Positions 13,345 through 27,060 of a stretch of DNA of 64,000 nucleotides are shown piece after piece; the first letter of the stretch is position 1, and the number at the start of each line of letters is the position of its first letter. The DNA is from Harriotta raleighana (Eukaryota). A program made the translations under genes and the position numbers. The stretch lies in NCBI GenBank assembly GCA_050575255.1, contig JBNZDD010013720.1:7262303-7326302 (forward strand). The letters are read 5' to 3'. The notes under the pieces were generated by a model. That model made no database searches. It saw only the letters and a program-made list of their open reading frames with translations, and had not been told where the DNA came from.

Positions 13345-14360
13345 AGTGAGTACATTTCTTGTATCTCTCCAACCAGTCCCTCCTCGAGCTCCTGAGTCGG
13401 GTTTTCACGCTGCCCTCAGAACAGAGACTGTGCTTGTCAAAGTCACAAATGATATTTTCTCTATCTGTGACCAGGGCTCCCCCTGCCTCCTTATCCACTT
13501 GGATCTCTCCTCTGTGTTTGACACAGTCGACCTCGCCATTCTCCTCCATCTTCTGCCTCACCTACCTTAGTGGGGCCGCATTCACATGGTACGATTTCAT
13601 CTCAGCAAATGGTATCTCCTCCTGCCTCCAGCCAGTTACCTGTGGGGGTCCCCAAGGCTCCATCTTCTTTTTCTTATCTATAAAATCCCTCTAGGCGATG
13701 TCATCTGCAGACACGGGGTAAATTTTCACATGTATTCGTTTGAATTTATTTAGCCTCCTCCAGTGGCAACGCCAGGTCCGCCGATGTTCTATCAACTCAT
13801 TTGGCAGACATCAAAACTTGGATGAGTGAAAACTTCTTGAGGCTCAATATGGACAAGACAGAAGCCTCACTTGTTGGCTCCCACCAATGTCTTCACTCCT
13901 GTGGTTCTACCCTTCTCAACTTCCCTAGGCTCTTCCTTAGACTCACTGAATCAGTGCGTAATCTAGGCATTCAGTTCAGCTGTCCTTCCTCCCCCACATC
14001 TGGTCTCTTATCTGGACCAACTTCTTTTACCTCCGCCACATTGCACAACTCTGACTGTATCTTACCCAAAATGCAGCCTCAATGTTCGAGCATGCGTTTC
14101 TCACTGCTCGTCTGGATTATTCCAACATACTCCGCCGGTCACCCCAACTCCACCATCCAAAAGTTCCAGCTGATTCAGAACAACTGCAGCCCACATACTG
14201 ACCCAGACCAAACTCCATACCAATATCTCACCAGTTCTGGCCAGGCTCCACTGGCGTCCCATCACCATATGGATCAGCTTCAAGATCCTCAGATTCGTGA
14301 AGAAATCTACACTCTCCCGGGCACCTCTCTACCTCTCCGACCTCCTCACTCAACAAGCTA
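13345..14360 (+). mobile_element. L2 LINE ORF2 (reverse transcriptase) fragment, frameshifted
   Basis: ESGFHAALRTETVLVKVTNDI...LLIHLDLSSVFDTVD, CGGPQGS and ADIKTWMSENFLRLNMDKTE spread across frames. Confidence 0.9.
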
Positions 14361-14649
14361 CACCCTGGCTGGTTTTGAATTGTTTGAAAAGAATTACAAA
14401 TTGTAAAGAAAAATGACAGGTATGTTGAATATGCATTTGAAACTATATTAGATGGGTTATTGAATTATTATTTACCTTAATAATTAAGACTTACTATTAA
14501 TTAAAAGCTGACTGCATGATGTTTTCAATAAATGTTTGAATTGCAAATGACAATCTTCATACCAGGAAACGGGATGACTGCCTCCAGTCTTGAAACTTGT
14601 AACTGAATTCATTGCTGGTAGATCTTAGCTGAGGTTGACAAATGTTCGA

Positions 14650-15135
14650 AGACCAGTTCACATGCATTCATAACATCCAGGGTTGACTATGCAAACTCCC
14701 TGCTTGTCAGCCTCCCCAACTCCACCCTAGAAAGCCTGCAAATCATCCAGAACTCTACAGCCTGTGTGCTTTCCCGCATCAGGCTTCATATCACCCCCAC
14801 CCACGTCCAACTCCACTGGCTTCCCATTGCACAGAGAATACAGTTCAAAGTCCTGGTCCTCACCTTCAAAGCCCTTGATAACCTTGCTCCCACTTACCTC
14901 TGCAAAGTTCTAAGCCCCTACCAACCTGTCCATTTGCTCCACTCAGTCACCCTTCCCTTGCCTCTTTCAAGACCCATCTGAAGACCCTCTTTTTCAACGT
15001 TACATTTGTCTTCCTTCCCGCCTGCTCTCCACCCTCTCAGATCCCGACCTCAGCTCATTTCTGAAATCCAGTACCTTGGGGTGTCTCCTTGACTTGAAAG
15101 GCATTATACAAATATAATTTTGTTGTTGTTGTTAT
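14650..15135 (+). mobile_element. L2 LINE 3' fragment
   Basis: HITPTHVQLHWLPIAQRIQFKVLVLTFKAL; ends in (TTG)n tail. Confidence 0.9.
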
Positions 15136-16947
15136 AGTTATAGAGGAACTCGGTTCTGTTCCAAAAGTGCTGTCAGTTGTAATTAAACCAAAGAAATCAA
15201 TGTTGACTTTTTCTCACATTGCTGTATTCCTGTAGTGCACTGCAATGTCAGCTCTTTCCCTTTGCGTAATGTGCTTTGTTCATTTTGTGCTGATGCGATA
15301 TGTTTCAACATACAGAACCTATTTATTAATTTATTGAAGAGAAAAATAATACTGCCTTATAGGGGATGAGAAGCCAATAATTGCTACCAGATGCATTAGA
15401 TAACAACTTGTGTTGTTCACAAGACATCCTCAAACCAGATGTCTGTCATGCTTGCTCATGCGAACTTTAGTCCGACAGGATCTACTTACAGATGCGTCAG
15501 CAAGCAGCCCTTAAGAATTGACATATCCGCTTGTGGTTACTGGAAGGAATCACTATTTGTGAATTGTTCTTTCAAATTCCTTTTATCCCCCATTGACGCA
15601 ATTGTGGAATCCAAATCACATTCTACAAACATTTATTTTTCATGTAGGAATTTGAAACTTGTTTAATTACTAAATTAAGTGTTAGCTTACTTAAATTATT
15701 TTCTTACTCAAATGCCAACAGTGTTGTTATTTAGCTTGCCTTCTCTTCCTCATCTAGTACAGTACTTGAATCTTTTTACAAAATGGAAATGTTGGCAGGA
15801 CATTTAAAATTGCTGGTGATGCCATTTAAACGCGGTTTCGCAATTCAATTTAATCTGGCCTTTATCTTGGCAACAGCTGCATTTAAACTCAAATTGTGTT
15901 ACTTTTCATCACATGCTAGCATTTCTATTTTAAGAATGTACAAATGTACATACCTTTACAGTACTCAGACACTGTCCTGTGTGAAGGGTGTTATACAAAT
16001 GCAAATTATTGTTTTTGACTTAGAATGGACTATGAGTTCACATGGCTGGTGTCATTATCAAGTATTATTTCTCCCTAACCCTCACCCCCTAACTTTGGCT
16101 CTGTCTATGTTTCTCTTAGCTGATAACACACCAGAGTGTAAATCTGAGGTGGATTTGCAGTAAAAATGAGTAAAAAGGCTACAGAGAAAGTCAGCCTATA
16201 AATTCTGTACCCCCGACTGGGAGTCTATTTCACAGCATATTTACCGAAGTCAAAGGAAGATCCTGAAACCAAATTTGTTTTGTTTGTTTGCCTCTTCTGG
16301 TGTGCAATTTGATTGCTAGCAATTTTGTAATCCAATATTCACAAACTGGAAGCTGCAGTTAATATACTAGATCTGGTAATGTTAATATCGCATTTTAAGA
16401 TTCCCTAAATTCTCACAATTCTACCAGGATTATTTGGGAGTGTAATTGACATTGAAGATGCATACTTTAGGAAAGCCATTTTATGCTCTTGTTACAGCTG
16501 TGAAATATTCCAATGGTCTTGCTTCTGTCTAAAGTAATGTAGCATCGGGATAATTGCCCATGGTATGTGGAGAATTAATAAAGAATAAGGATACTTCCCA
16601 ATGGTGTAATAGTTCTCATTCTTTTAATGAATGTCTCTGCAGACCAACTTCCCCATTCACCTTTCCCTGTGGAACATGAGCTAGATTGAGGAAAGCATCT
16701 TTGTGCGTAGGAGTTTTCTGGCTATGCAAATGCTGTGATAAAAATAGTACATTGCTGAGATTGAATTTCGACCAAACAGAAAAAAAACCAGTTGACCTGT
16801 ACATCAGACACAGTTCTGTCACATTTATCTTGCACTGAAGACGTAACTAATGGCTGTGAGGAAATATACATTGCTTGGAATTATAATAAATAAGCACGTT
16901 GTGTTTGAGCGTGAAGAAAAACTCCTTTCTTGTTTTTGATAAGTTAT

Positions 16948-17156
16948 TAACATTCTTTCCTTCTATGCACAAACGGATACCAGTTTGGCTGAGTTGCTCA
17001 CACTCTCGTCTGAGGCAGCACATTATTGATTCGGACTTGAGCTCANTAACATTCTTTCCTTCTATGCACAAACGGATACCAGTTTGGCTGAGTTGCCCAC
17101 ACTCTCGTCTGAGGCAGCACATTATTGATTCAAGCACCACATTCGGACTTGAGCTC
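16948..17156. repeat. Direct duplication across a single N (probable assembly artefact)
   Basis: 16948-17045 repeated from 17047; N at 17046; copies differ by one substitution and a 13-bp indel. Confidence 0.85.
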
Positions 17157-17619
17157 GTTATCAGGAATGCTGATAATGTCCCATTTAAAAACCTAATTTT
17201 TTGATATAGCTTTCGGATACCTTCCTCCTACTCTAATTTTTCACTCCACTCAGCTTCTCACTTCATCTCCGTGAAACACTTTGAGATGTTGCCTACATAA
17301 TAAGTGCCACAGTGCAAGGTGTTGCTACCTGTTGCAAGTAATCATATTTTTCAAAATTAAATAAATAAATTTAAACAAGTGCAGTGACATTTTATTCAAA
17401 AACTTACTTCTTGAACATTCTGAATACTCTACACAGTTTTGGTCACCACCAGAGAGAGGGTTTCCCAAGCCCTAGTGGCAATGAAAAAGAGAGCAATGTG
17501 AATGATACTTCTCAGAGGAATGAGATTGCAAAGAATGTACAGGACAGAAATGGGCCATTCAGCCCAACTAGTCCATCCTCCACTTGAGTCTCAAGACTTA
17601 ATCCCGATGCAAGATTCTA

Positions 17620-18025
17620 TGAGCAACAATTAGACAAGATAGTACTATTCCACCTTGAGAGAAGACAGCATAGTGGGAGATCTAATGGAGGTGTTTAAGA
17701 TTTTAAATGGGATTGAAAAAGTAAACTCAGATCAATACTTGAGGATGCATCAAGGTAGTAAAATAAAAAGGACATAGGTTTGAGTTGTAAAGGGTAATTT
17801 CACGACAGATAACAGAAAGTTTTTCTTTATGCAGTGGATAATCTATGGCTGGAAAAGGTTGCACCAAAAGGTAATTTAGGCCAGGAAAGATAATTTAGGC
17901 CAGGATTAATTAATCAATTAAAAAGTTCCTTGATTCAGTGATGGGAGAAGGTAGGGTGGGGGTTCTGGAGGGATGAAATTTGATTGGCTGAAGGGCCTTC
18001 CTCATTCAGATCGATTTTGTGAACT
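17620..18025 (+). mobile_element. Decayed CR1 LINE 3' fragment
   Basis: GGAGATCTAATGGAGGTGTTTAAGATTTTAAATGGGATTGA (GDLMEVFKILNG) and GGCTGAAGGGCCTTCCTCATT tail. Confidence 0.7.
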
Positions 18026-19773
18026 GTAGTTCTTTAATGTGACAGGAAATATTTTTATTTTCTTACATAAGTAATACTTTCATAGTGATGATAGTGATAT
18101 TCAGGATTAAAAAAAAATTAAAAACAGAATAAATAGTAAGAATTGTATTTGATGTAACTGTTGTTTCAACATATCTTTAGCAATGTGTAACTTGACTAAG
18201 TGAAATGAATAAATAAGAATACATTTAATGTAGGTGTTTTGACATCAGGTGGATGTTTCAAAAAGCTTTACAGGGTTTACTGTAATGCGTAGTGACTGCT
18301 TATTTAGCAGGCAAATGCAGCAGCCAATTTTTGGACAGAAATTTATAGTCACGAAGGAAGTGAATGACCAATTGTGAATTGTGCAGGCAAATGTCACAGC
18401 TACTCTGTTAAATTAAATATGAAGAACAAATTAATGGTTAACTGATTTTTTTTGTGGTGAATTTAGATAAGACATTGAAGAGCAAAAAATAACAAAATTA
18501 CATTTTGAGAGCATCTTTCATGTCACGAGAATTTCCTGCTCTAGGATTCATATTTTCCTGCCAATTTTCTTCCTCCTCATCTCCCAATGGGATTTTTAAT
18601 ACTTTTTACTTTTGGTAGTACAGTATATAATTTCAATACCTCTCTCAATTGACCATTGTCATACATAAGTACAAAATTACAAAACCAAACTGCATTTGTA
18701 TAGCACTTTTCACGCTGGGAAGACATCCCCTTTTTTGTCTGTTTTTGACCATTTTCATGGAAATCAAGATGGAAATCTTAACTGTCTGAGAATTGACTGT
18801 TTAACTGCAGGAGTATAAATTATGAACCTGATTCTGTGGCCATACCACATCTGCACACGTTAAAACTTTGTTCAATGTAATACAGCATTTAATTTGTGCA
18901 AGCAATATTTCTCAGAAGCACTAACCCAGCACTAGCACCCCTCCCCTAATATAAATTCTGGTGTGAAAAGGAAACATTCAGGAACTGGTTCTTTTAAGAT
19001 CCATGGATTAATATAAATAACATACTGATGAAGCTGTGATGCCATTTCTTGTCTGGTGGATTGTAAATCCCTTATAGAGAATCCGGTATTCTCAGCCCCT
19101 AGGTTAGATATTTGTGCCATTGAGGACAATGGCTTCCCTGGCCGAGTGCAGATAGTGCAACACAGTTGAATCAGTAACTTTCTGGTCTATATTGTCTAGT
19201 AATCCAGTTCCCCTCTAGGCCATTCGTGTATGCACAATTGCTTTCTCAAATCATTGCTGAGAATAGCTGTTGGTTCTCTGATTGTATCTCATGGTAAAAA
19301 AATCTACCTTTCATATTTTTGGATAATGGATGTATAAATACATTACAGACTGCTTCCCTCACCCCATCTCTCCCAAGAGTAAAGAGTACACCAAGTTTTT
19401 TTTAAATCAGTGAAAGTGTTAATAATAATAATATCCCTTGCATTTGATATAGCACTTATCACGTCTTCTAGATGTCTCAAAGAGCTTCACAGAATATATT
19501 GTAATCTGAATTGAATATACTGTACTATAATGTTAAATGCCTCCTTAACAACAACAACTACAACAACAAACTTGCAATTATATAGAGCCTTTCACATAGG
19601 ATAAACAGTTGAAAATGGATCACTCGAAAAATTGGGTGCTGAGCTGGTCGGAAGGTCGGCGGTTTGTGAGAATTTTAGTCTGCTGACCAAAGGTGCAGTC
19701 ACTTGCATATATTACTGATTGCTTATATACACTGCAATTTACAACCGTTTTCAGAGATTGTGTTATCAAAAGT

Positions 19774-19913
19774 ACAGACCTGGGAGATTGGAAAATAAAG
19801 ATTGAAACAAATTAAAATCGAGTAACAGACAANACAGACCTGGGAGATTGGAAAATAAAGATTGAAACAAATTAAAATCGAGTTAAAACAGTTAAAACAA
19901 ATTAAAACAGACA
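19774..19913. repeat. Direct duplication across a single N (probable assembly artefact)
   Basis: ACAGACCTGGGAGATTGG... occurs on both sides of the N at 19833. Confidence 0.85.
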
Positions 19914-21439
19914 ACAGTGAAAACAAAACAGCAACTCGTGTTTCAAACACAAAACAAGTTCAGGTCATATTCTGTAATTAAGTATAATTACCATAAATCA
20001 TCTTTATTTTCTCTCTTTAAATGGTGTTCATTGTTCTCCTGCAAACATTAGGGAATGTCTACAAAATCTGTGTGATAAAGTGTTGCGTGTCTATAGACAT
20101 GAATGATGGGTCCACTAATAAAAGATGTGTATGATGGCTATGTGCATGGGTTATTGATTTGGAAAGTAAACGGCCACTAGCTGTTGAGACAAAATTAATA
20201 ATGTTCGACAGATATGCAAAGTGGAGTGAAATGCAAGTAGCAACATTTAGCAATGTGAGGGCAGTTGTGTTGGCCTAGCTGTAAAGGCACTCAGTAACAC
20301 AATACAAAATATGAAAGTGAAGATGCACAAAGGGGAATTAGTCTCGTCAGTGACATTAGTATTGATTGTCATTATCACATTGACCTGAATCTCTTTCACA
20401 CATTGTTACCTTCAAATACATTTTTCTGGATTTCTGTAGAGAGTCAAGAAAAAAATTGTCGTCTGAGACAATCTGTCTCATTTTGTCTCCTGTCAGACCA
20501 TTCTTATCTTTCTTTATTCAATCAGTAGTACAGTCACTGCTCTCTGAACTTTACTTTCATATTTCTCCAACATGCGTCAACCTGCACACTTGCCCTCATT
20601 GCTCTATTGAAACCAAAAAATGTTACACTACTACTCTTAACTAATTTTTTAAAAAAAACTATGGAACGTCTTAACCGTTTGGTTCCTTCCTGTTCTCAAT
20701 TTGCAGATCACATGCTTATTCAGATATGATTCAGTAAAAAAAATGTTTACCCAGCAATGTTCATCATGTGGTCATTAAATTTGTTTTGAACATTGTTTTT
20801 ATTGGTGAGCGAGGTTAGTCCTGCTCATGCTCTTGCCTATTAACCTGTTTAGATCAAAACATTCCACTTTGGGGACAAGGTTTGCCCCAGAGACAAACCC
20901 TACTCCCCCCATTTAGATCAGATGTACTGCAATACTGATCCCAGCCAACAGAGGGCTGATTTTCAGATGAAGAAGGATCTGCTATTCATCACATCCATTC
21001 TTCTGGCTATAAGGATGTGCATGTGCATCAATCCTCCAGTCTAATCTTTACAGCATCAAGCTTCTGCTTAAACGAATACAATGTCTGAGCTTCTACTATC
21101 TATTCCTCCCACCACCACCTGTTCGTGCTGTTAATTACTCCCTATGGAAATACTTCCCATTATCTGACTCAACATTACTCTTCCCAACCCTGAACCTTTT
21201 GTTCTGCTGTCTTTGTGTATCAGAGTGTCTTTTTTAAGCATTCTTTCTGTTCTTTTAGATGATTGATCAAAAGTTAATATTTTGAGTGTTTACGCTGGGA
21301 AAAAGCCAGTACTCGGGCAAAGATTATGGTGTGGATTCAATACTTCCTCTTTATACTGTGCACAGTTAACACTATTTCCTATTACTGTACTCCTCTGTCA
21401 CAAAAACTGTCAATTGGCAGGTTGCTTTTCCAGGGGGTA

Positions 21440-21625
21440 ATAATTCCTTCAAAAAAAATACTAAATTGGTTACTTCAATCCATGACTGTTTGTGGGACAC
21501 TGCCCCTGCTTGCACAATTTGCTGTTGTGTTTTGCCCACAAATTAAACAGCCAAATCACTTTACAATAGATTCCGTGAAGCGTTTTGAGACATCTCAAAG
21601 CCGTCATAAGGTGCTATGTTAAATT
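21440..21625 (+). mobile_element. SINE family A, 3' part
   Basis: AATCCATGACTGTTTGTGGGACACTGC body and tail. Confidence 0.75.
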
Positions 21626-22949
21626 CTTGTATATATTCTGGAATGATGAGATCAAATGGTACAAAAGGCTTCTTAATCTAGCCTAATCTTGTGATTTTGT
21701 ATGTATGAAACATGAATTTGAAAGCAAACGCCTAAGACGCCTTCCTGGAGCTACTTTTTCAAATTTGTAGAAAGTCCATCAGCAAAATAATCACTTGAGA
21801 TACTTTTGTTTAAATCCGCTGCATCATTAAACAGGTTCAAAACAAAATAATTTAACATGAGTTATAAAACAATACTTTTGATACTGTAATAAGATGCATA
21901 GAAAAACTGAACTAGACTTTGTTGAAATGGATATAACACTGACTTGGAGTTATTCCTATAATATATTAATAACAAATATTATGCTGTTGGAAATTCCTGG
22001 AATATTTTCATTCTTTACTTTTTTGGTCATAAAAATGCATTACTGTAGTTCAACAGGCTGCATTTCAAATACAGTCTCTACAGCACATTTCAGTACTCTA
22101 GATGTTGTCATTTGGCCAAGATGAGGTTAGAAACGTACTTACTTTTGATTTAAGATTTGCTGCACTGTATTACAACAGACGGCACAGACTAGATGGCCGA
22201 ATGGCCTCCTTTTGTGCCGTACAATGCTTTGATTCTATAATATAATACACTGAATTCTATGGTAAAATGCGATTTAAAAAAAATGCTTTTCTGTTATGCA
22301 GGATGAATGCACTTTCTAGTAAGGACATCTGTTCCTACATCACATTCTAGAAGCCCAAAGTGGCTAAAATACCATCAGTAAAAAAAAATACAAGCAGTTG
22401 ATAAGAATTGCAGTGTGCAATCTTCAACAATAAACCTTAAACCAGAGCAATGATTATAAAAGCATAGTTTAAAGAATTAGCACACGATTGAAATTATATG
22501 ATTGGACTCTTCTTGTGGCCTATTGGGTTTATTATTGAAGCATTATATTACGCAGAAGAGAAATCCCAATATTTAACTCCTATAATCCCAGTAAATTACA
22601 GTACAAAAATGGGTCATTTGGGCCATAAAATCTGTGCTAGTGTTTGTCCAGGTATTCTGTTCACTCCCCATACTTTTCAATATTTACAAACATTTATCTG
22701 TTCACCATTAAAGAAAACTATGAACTCTACCTGAATGTTTGTGGCTGAGATTTTGCATTCTAAACAGAATCCCGTAACCTGATCCTACTTGAACACCCTG
22801 AACTGGTTGTGTGCTTGTGTGGGAATGACGTAAAGAGCAGTCAGCCTTAGGTGTGCTGCCCTCTATACTTCAGTGATCTATGAACACTCTATTGGTCATT
22901 CGTCTTTTTCTCTTTCCATCTCACTCACACTGGCTCTCCAAATTGCTTG

Positions 22950-23630
22950 ATCTTTCTGATTATCTTCCAATTCACTTGCCAACAAAGCCAATCTGGAGCA
23001 CTTCAGTCTTGCTGATGTTCAGCTATAGAAAGATGTCTCTCATCCAGGACTTGATGTCTGACAGGCAGGCAGTCTGTCATCATGCCAGTTGTCCTGGAAT
23101 CGAGGGTGGAGGCACTGAGGTAGAGTTAGGTGTCCTCTGCATACATGTGTAAATTGACTCCATGTCTGCGGATGATGTCACCAAGGGGGAGCATATAGAG
23201 GTTAAAGAGGAGTAGACTGCATTTGGAACACTGAGGAACATCACACGAAACAGTGCAGGGGCTGGAAGATAAACCATTGGCGGAGACAAATTGGAGATCG
23301 TGTGAGAGATCTGAACCAGACAATGACAGCACCTTGAGGTGAGAGGAGAGGGGGTGGAGGAGGATTGAATGGTGCATGGTGTTGAAGGCAGCCGAGGGGT
23401 TGAGGAGGATGAGGAGACAGAGTGAGTTCTGGTCAGAGATGGACAAGATTTTGTTTGTGATCTTGACCAGAACAGTTTCTGTGCTGCTCACAGCACGGAA
23501 ACCCGAATGGAAAGGCTCATGGATGGAGTGGGAGGAAAGGCAAGCTGGGAAGCAACAACTCTTTCAAGGACCTTGGAAAGAAAAGGGGGAGGTTGGAGAC
23601 TTGCCGGTAACTGGAAAGCAGGGATGTGTC
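22950..23630 (-). mobile_element. L2 LINE ORF2 (reverse transcriptase) fragment
   Basis: STETVLVKITNKIL...LLILLNPSAAFNTMHHSILL...DVPQ...LLFNLYMLPLGDIIRRHGVNLHMYAEDT (YADD-like motif). Confidence 0.92.
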
Positions 23631-24009
23631 CAGAGAAGTTTCGAAGGTTGGTTAGAATGGTTTAAAAGCTGGGGGGATGAACACAAGAGAATTCTTAATT
23701 TTTGCAAGTGCATGTTTCACTCATACATTTGTGCATACATTTACACATGTATGCAATTTACACATGTATGAAAGGTTCCCCGTGACATTTTCGATTATTT
23801 GGGGATTTCTCTCAATTTCTGGGATAAATTTTTAATGGATCTAAGACATTACATAATAGGCTATGATTGCGCAATATACACATTTTGATTGTACATTTGC
23901 CAATAGTCAAGGAGAAAATCAACTTCACTCAATTGTGAAGAGTCCATGGCCTTGCTCCTTTCTAGCCCTGTGACCTGCTAACCCAATATTAACCTGTTCG
24001 TTTCCTTGG

Positions 24010-24305
24010 CTTAGTATGCTCCAACCTGCTCCATGTTCCCTGCCAGACCTGCTCCATTGTCGATGATTGTGCCTTGAGCTTCTCTGTCCCCATCCTTTGG
24101 AATTCCATCCCTCAGTGCCTTTGCCTTGCTCCCTCCCTTGCCTCCTTCAAAGCATGTCTCAATACCCTCCTCTTTGATTGTGCATTTGGTGAACCACCTA
24201 CCACTACCCTCACTGCCCTCCACCCCTCAAATCCAATCCCCAATTTGTGTCCAAATCGTTGGCTATCGAGCAACATGAAAGGTGCTTTACAAATGTAGTG
24301 TGTTG
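24010..24305 (+). mobile_element. L2 LINE 3' end
   Basis: FSVPILWNSIPQCLCLAPSLASFKACLNTLLFDCAF plus tail. Confidence 0.85.
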
Positions 24306-24329
24306 TGTTCTTGACTCCATCTTCAAATC

Positions 24330-24483
24330 ATGTCATTAAATGTTCTTTCACTAAATTATTAATTTATTTATGACTAATATGACTCCCTCTGTGGTCCTAA
24401 AGTTATGNATGTCATTAAATGTTCTTTCACTAAATTATTAATTTATTTATGACTAATAAAACTCCCTCTGTGGTCCTAAAGTT
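24330..24483. repeat. Direct duplication across a single N (probable assembly artefact)
   Basis: ATGTCATTAAATGTTC...CCTAAAGTT occurs on both sides of the N at 24408. Confidence 0.85.
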
Positions 24484-25096
24484 TGGAGATTATTATGGGA
24501 GGATAATGAAGTCATATCATTTTTCTCAAGGTGGGTAATGATTAGTAACCGAGGGAAATATCGCCTGTTTGGCATTTATGCAGATTTTATTACAATTAAT
24601 CTCATTATATCGCAAGATTCTCTCTTATATGCAAGACACTCTGGGACATATAGGAGATGATTAATTTGTGGCAATTTATTTTCTCACAAAATCCCATTGT
24701 AGTTTATTGATTGTGCCACATGGTGAAGCATTGAATTTAATATTAAAAGGCAGGTGATGGATTATCTGAGAGCCTACATGACAAAAATATATATTCAGAT
24801 TTTTATTGAAAAATTACTACTTTGTATGCTACACTTCATTAAGATGTAACACACCATGCCTAAACAGTGTAATGTAGAGGGTGTCCAAAATGTTCTGTTA
24901 CCACCATATCTCATAATTGTATTCAGAAGAACTGAATTATGTTCAGTACAAGCGTTTAATCGTATATAAAAATTCAGCAAATCGGTGTGAACGCCATCAG
25001 TTCATGGCAGATAATGATCCATTGCCATGATCGGTGCAACATGAATGGAGTGAGGAGGAAATGACCAATGTCTGGTATCAGACATTGTTGCACTCA

Positions 25097-25160
25097 ACTC
25101 ACCTGCAACAGAAAATAAAAATTCATTTGTAAGAGAAAAACAAAACGTGGGTAAAGTGAC
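25097..25160 (-). other. Strong 3' splice site directly followed by a consensus 5' splice site (candidate recursive splice site)
   Basis: Minus strand ...TTTTTCTCTTACAAATGAATTTTTATTTTCTGTTGCAG|GTGAGT; no AG for about 55 nt upstream; unique sequence. Confidence 0.5.
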
Positions 25161-25818
25161 TATGTGACCGCCTTCTACATTACTGTACGTAAATAGCGCA
25201 GCATTAGTATAAAGTGATTGCACTTGAGGAACTTGCTCTTCTGGTGGATGCTAACACTGAAGTCCTGAAATTGTTACATGTTATTTCAGTACCTCCAACA
25301 TCAAGAGTTTGATCTGCCCTCACAAAGAGGAAGCAGAGATACTGGAATTCAGGATTCGCTTGAGAACTTGGTTACTATGTTCAGGTTGGGCTTGCCCTGC
25401 CAGAGAGCCACCCAGTTACCTGACTTGCTCGAATGGTTGTGGGGTGGTCATCAATTTGGGGCCTAGAAGAGTTTGGAGGGGATGGGGTTGGTGGTGGTGG
25501 CTTAACTGCAGGGATAAACCTAATTCCCCAAGTGGCATTCATTTGATCTATTTCGACAAATGTGGGTAAGCAAAATGGAATAAAATAGTCTTAACTTTGC
25601 TCACCAATATACTGTACATATATTTTTAAATTCTATTGAAACCCACCTTAAAGTAGTGCAGATATAGACTTGTAGTTTTCTATAGCATTAAGGTAAATCT
25701 CTTGTAATATCCGTAGTCTTGTATCGCAAACTACATCTTCATCACTCCACACAACCATTTGAGAATGTTGATAAATGAGTAGGGACAGCTAAAATTATAT
25801 GGGAGTGAATTAAATTAT

Positions 25819-26188
25819 GTTTGCCGGTATTTAGAAACCTATCTAGAAATGGCTGGGGAAACGCTGCCGCACACAACAACAACAAAATTACATTTGTATA
25901 GCGACTTTCACATCAGGAGCACGTCCCAATGTGCTGTAAACAATGTGTTGCAAACTCTACATGTGCTGTAAACAAAGCACTGAAGCGAAAAAATACCCAA
26001 GCGACAACGCTGGCAACCTGAGCACCAGATGTCAGAGCAGCAGTGCTGTGACCTACAAGCCGCTGTTCCAAACTTCAGGAGATTTGCCGGACATCGAAAA
26101 AAAATTTTAATACTGTATGTATTTTGAAATCTTGGCGATTTTAGAGGGTTGCCAGCTTTCAGAATGTCGGGTAATCAAGGTTTTATTG
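25819..26188 (-). mobile_element. Second copy of the Tigger-like MITE, one end lost, interrupted by an L2 tail
   Basis: Reverse complement TA|CAATAAAACCTTGATTACCCGACATTC...TTTGGAACAGCGGCTTG aligns to 1145-1280; 25819-25865 aligns to about 1380-1425; L2 tail at about 25873-25937. Confidence 0.75.
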
Positions 26189-26499
26189 TATCTCGTTTCA
26201 AATAGTGCCAATAGATTTCTACCATTCACCTTAACAGACAGTTGACACCGTGGATTAACGTGTAATTTTGAAGAAAGCATTTCTGACAACCCAATACTAT
26301 CCAAGTACTGCATTATGAGTGTCACCTTAAATTGATGAGCTCAAGATCAACAAAGTGTGGCTTGAACACAGTTATTTTACTCATAGATGAAAATACTACC
26401 AGCTGAGCCAGGGACATGAAAAACAGTTGGCTGTATAAGGAAAGGAAGCATAGAAGCAACAATTTTCAGTCTAGGAAAGAAATGGGGTAAAGTGGGAAG

Positions 26500-27060
26500 T
26501 CATGCCTTCATTAGATTTAGGTTTTACTATGCCAACTTCCTGCTTGTCAGTCTTCCCAACTCTTCCCTGCACAAGCTACAAATCATCTAGAACTCTGCAG
26601 CTCGTTCCGTCTCCTGTACCAAGCTCTGTGACCACATCACACCTCCCTTCACCCGGCTTCACAGGCTCCCCATCTCTCAGAGGATTGTTAAAAATCCTCA
26701 TCCTCACTTTCAAGGCCCTCCACCACCTTGGCGCCTCTTACTTCTCTGACCTGGTAACCCTTTATTAACTTGTCCGCTCCCTCCAGCCTGCTCTATGCCC
26801 CTCAATCAGCGGTCCAGTGATCAGTCACTCTGCCCCCTTCTTCTAGACCTCCATTCCATCGCTCCCATGCCTCCTTCAAGCACATCTCAAGACCCTCCTG
26901 TTTAACCATGCTTTCGGGCATCTCATACTCTCTCTGCCCTCCACCCTCCACTCTCCCTGATCCCAACATCCCCCACGCTCGTATTGCAATGACCCTGACT
27001 GATCAGTGCCTTGGGATGTCCTGACAACGTGAAAGACGCTTTACAAATGTAATTTTGTAT
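26500..27060 (+). mobile_element. L2 LINE 3' fragment
   Basis: KILILTFKALHHLGASYFSDL and the L2 terminal motif. Confidence 0.85.

Noticed and set aside
13343-14406. Longest ORFs (up to 201 aa) as a cellular gene or retron-like reverse transcriptase
   Set aside because: They are frameshifted L2 ORF2 pieces with many homologous fragments in the window.
15484-15545. Minus-strand 50-nt exon (TTCCAG|...|GTAAGT)
   Set aside because: Stops in all three frames and a weak polypyrimidine tract.
16847-17204. Repeat-containing proteins or a CRISPR-like direct repeat
   Set aside because: Only two copies around a single N, with no spacer array; probable assembly overlap.
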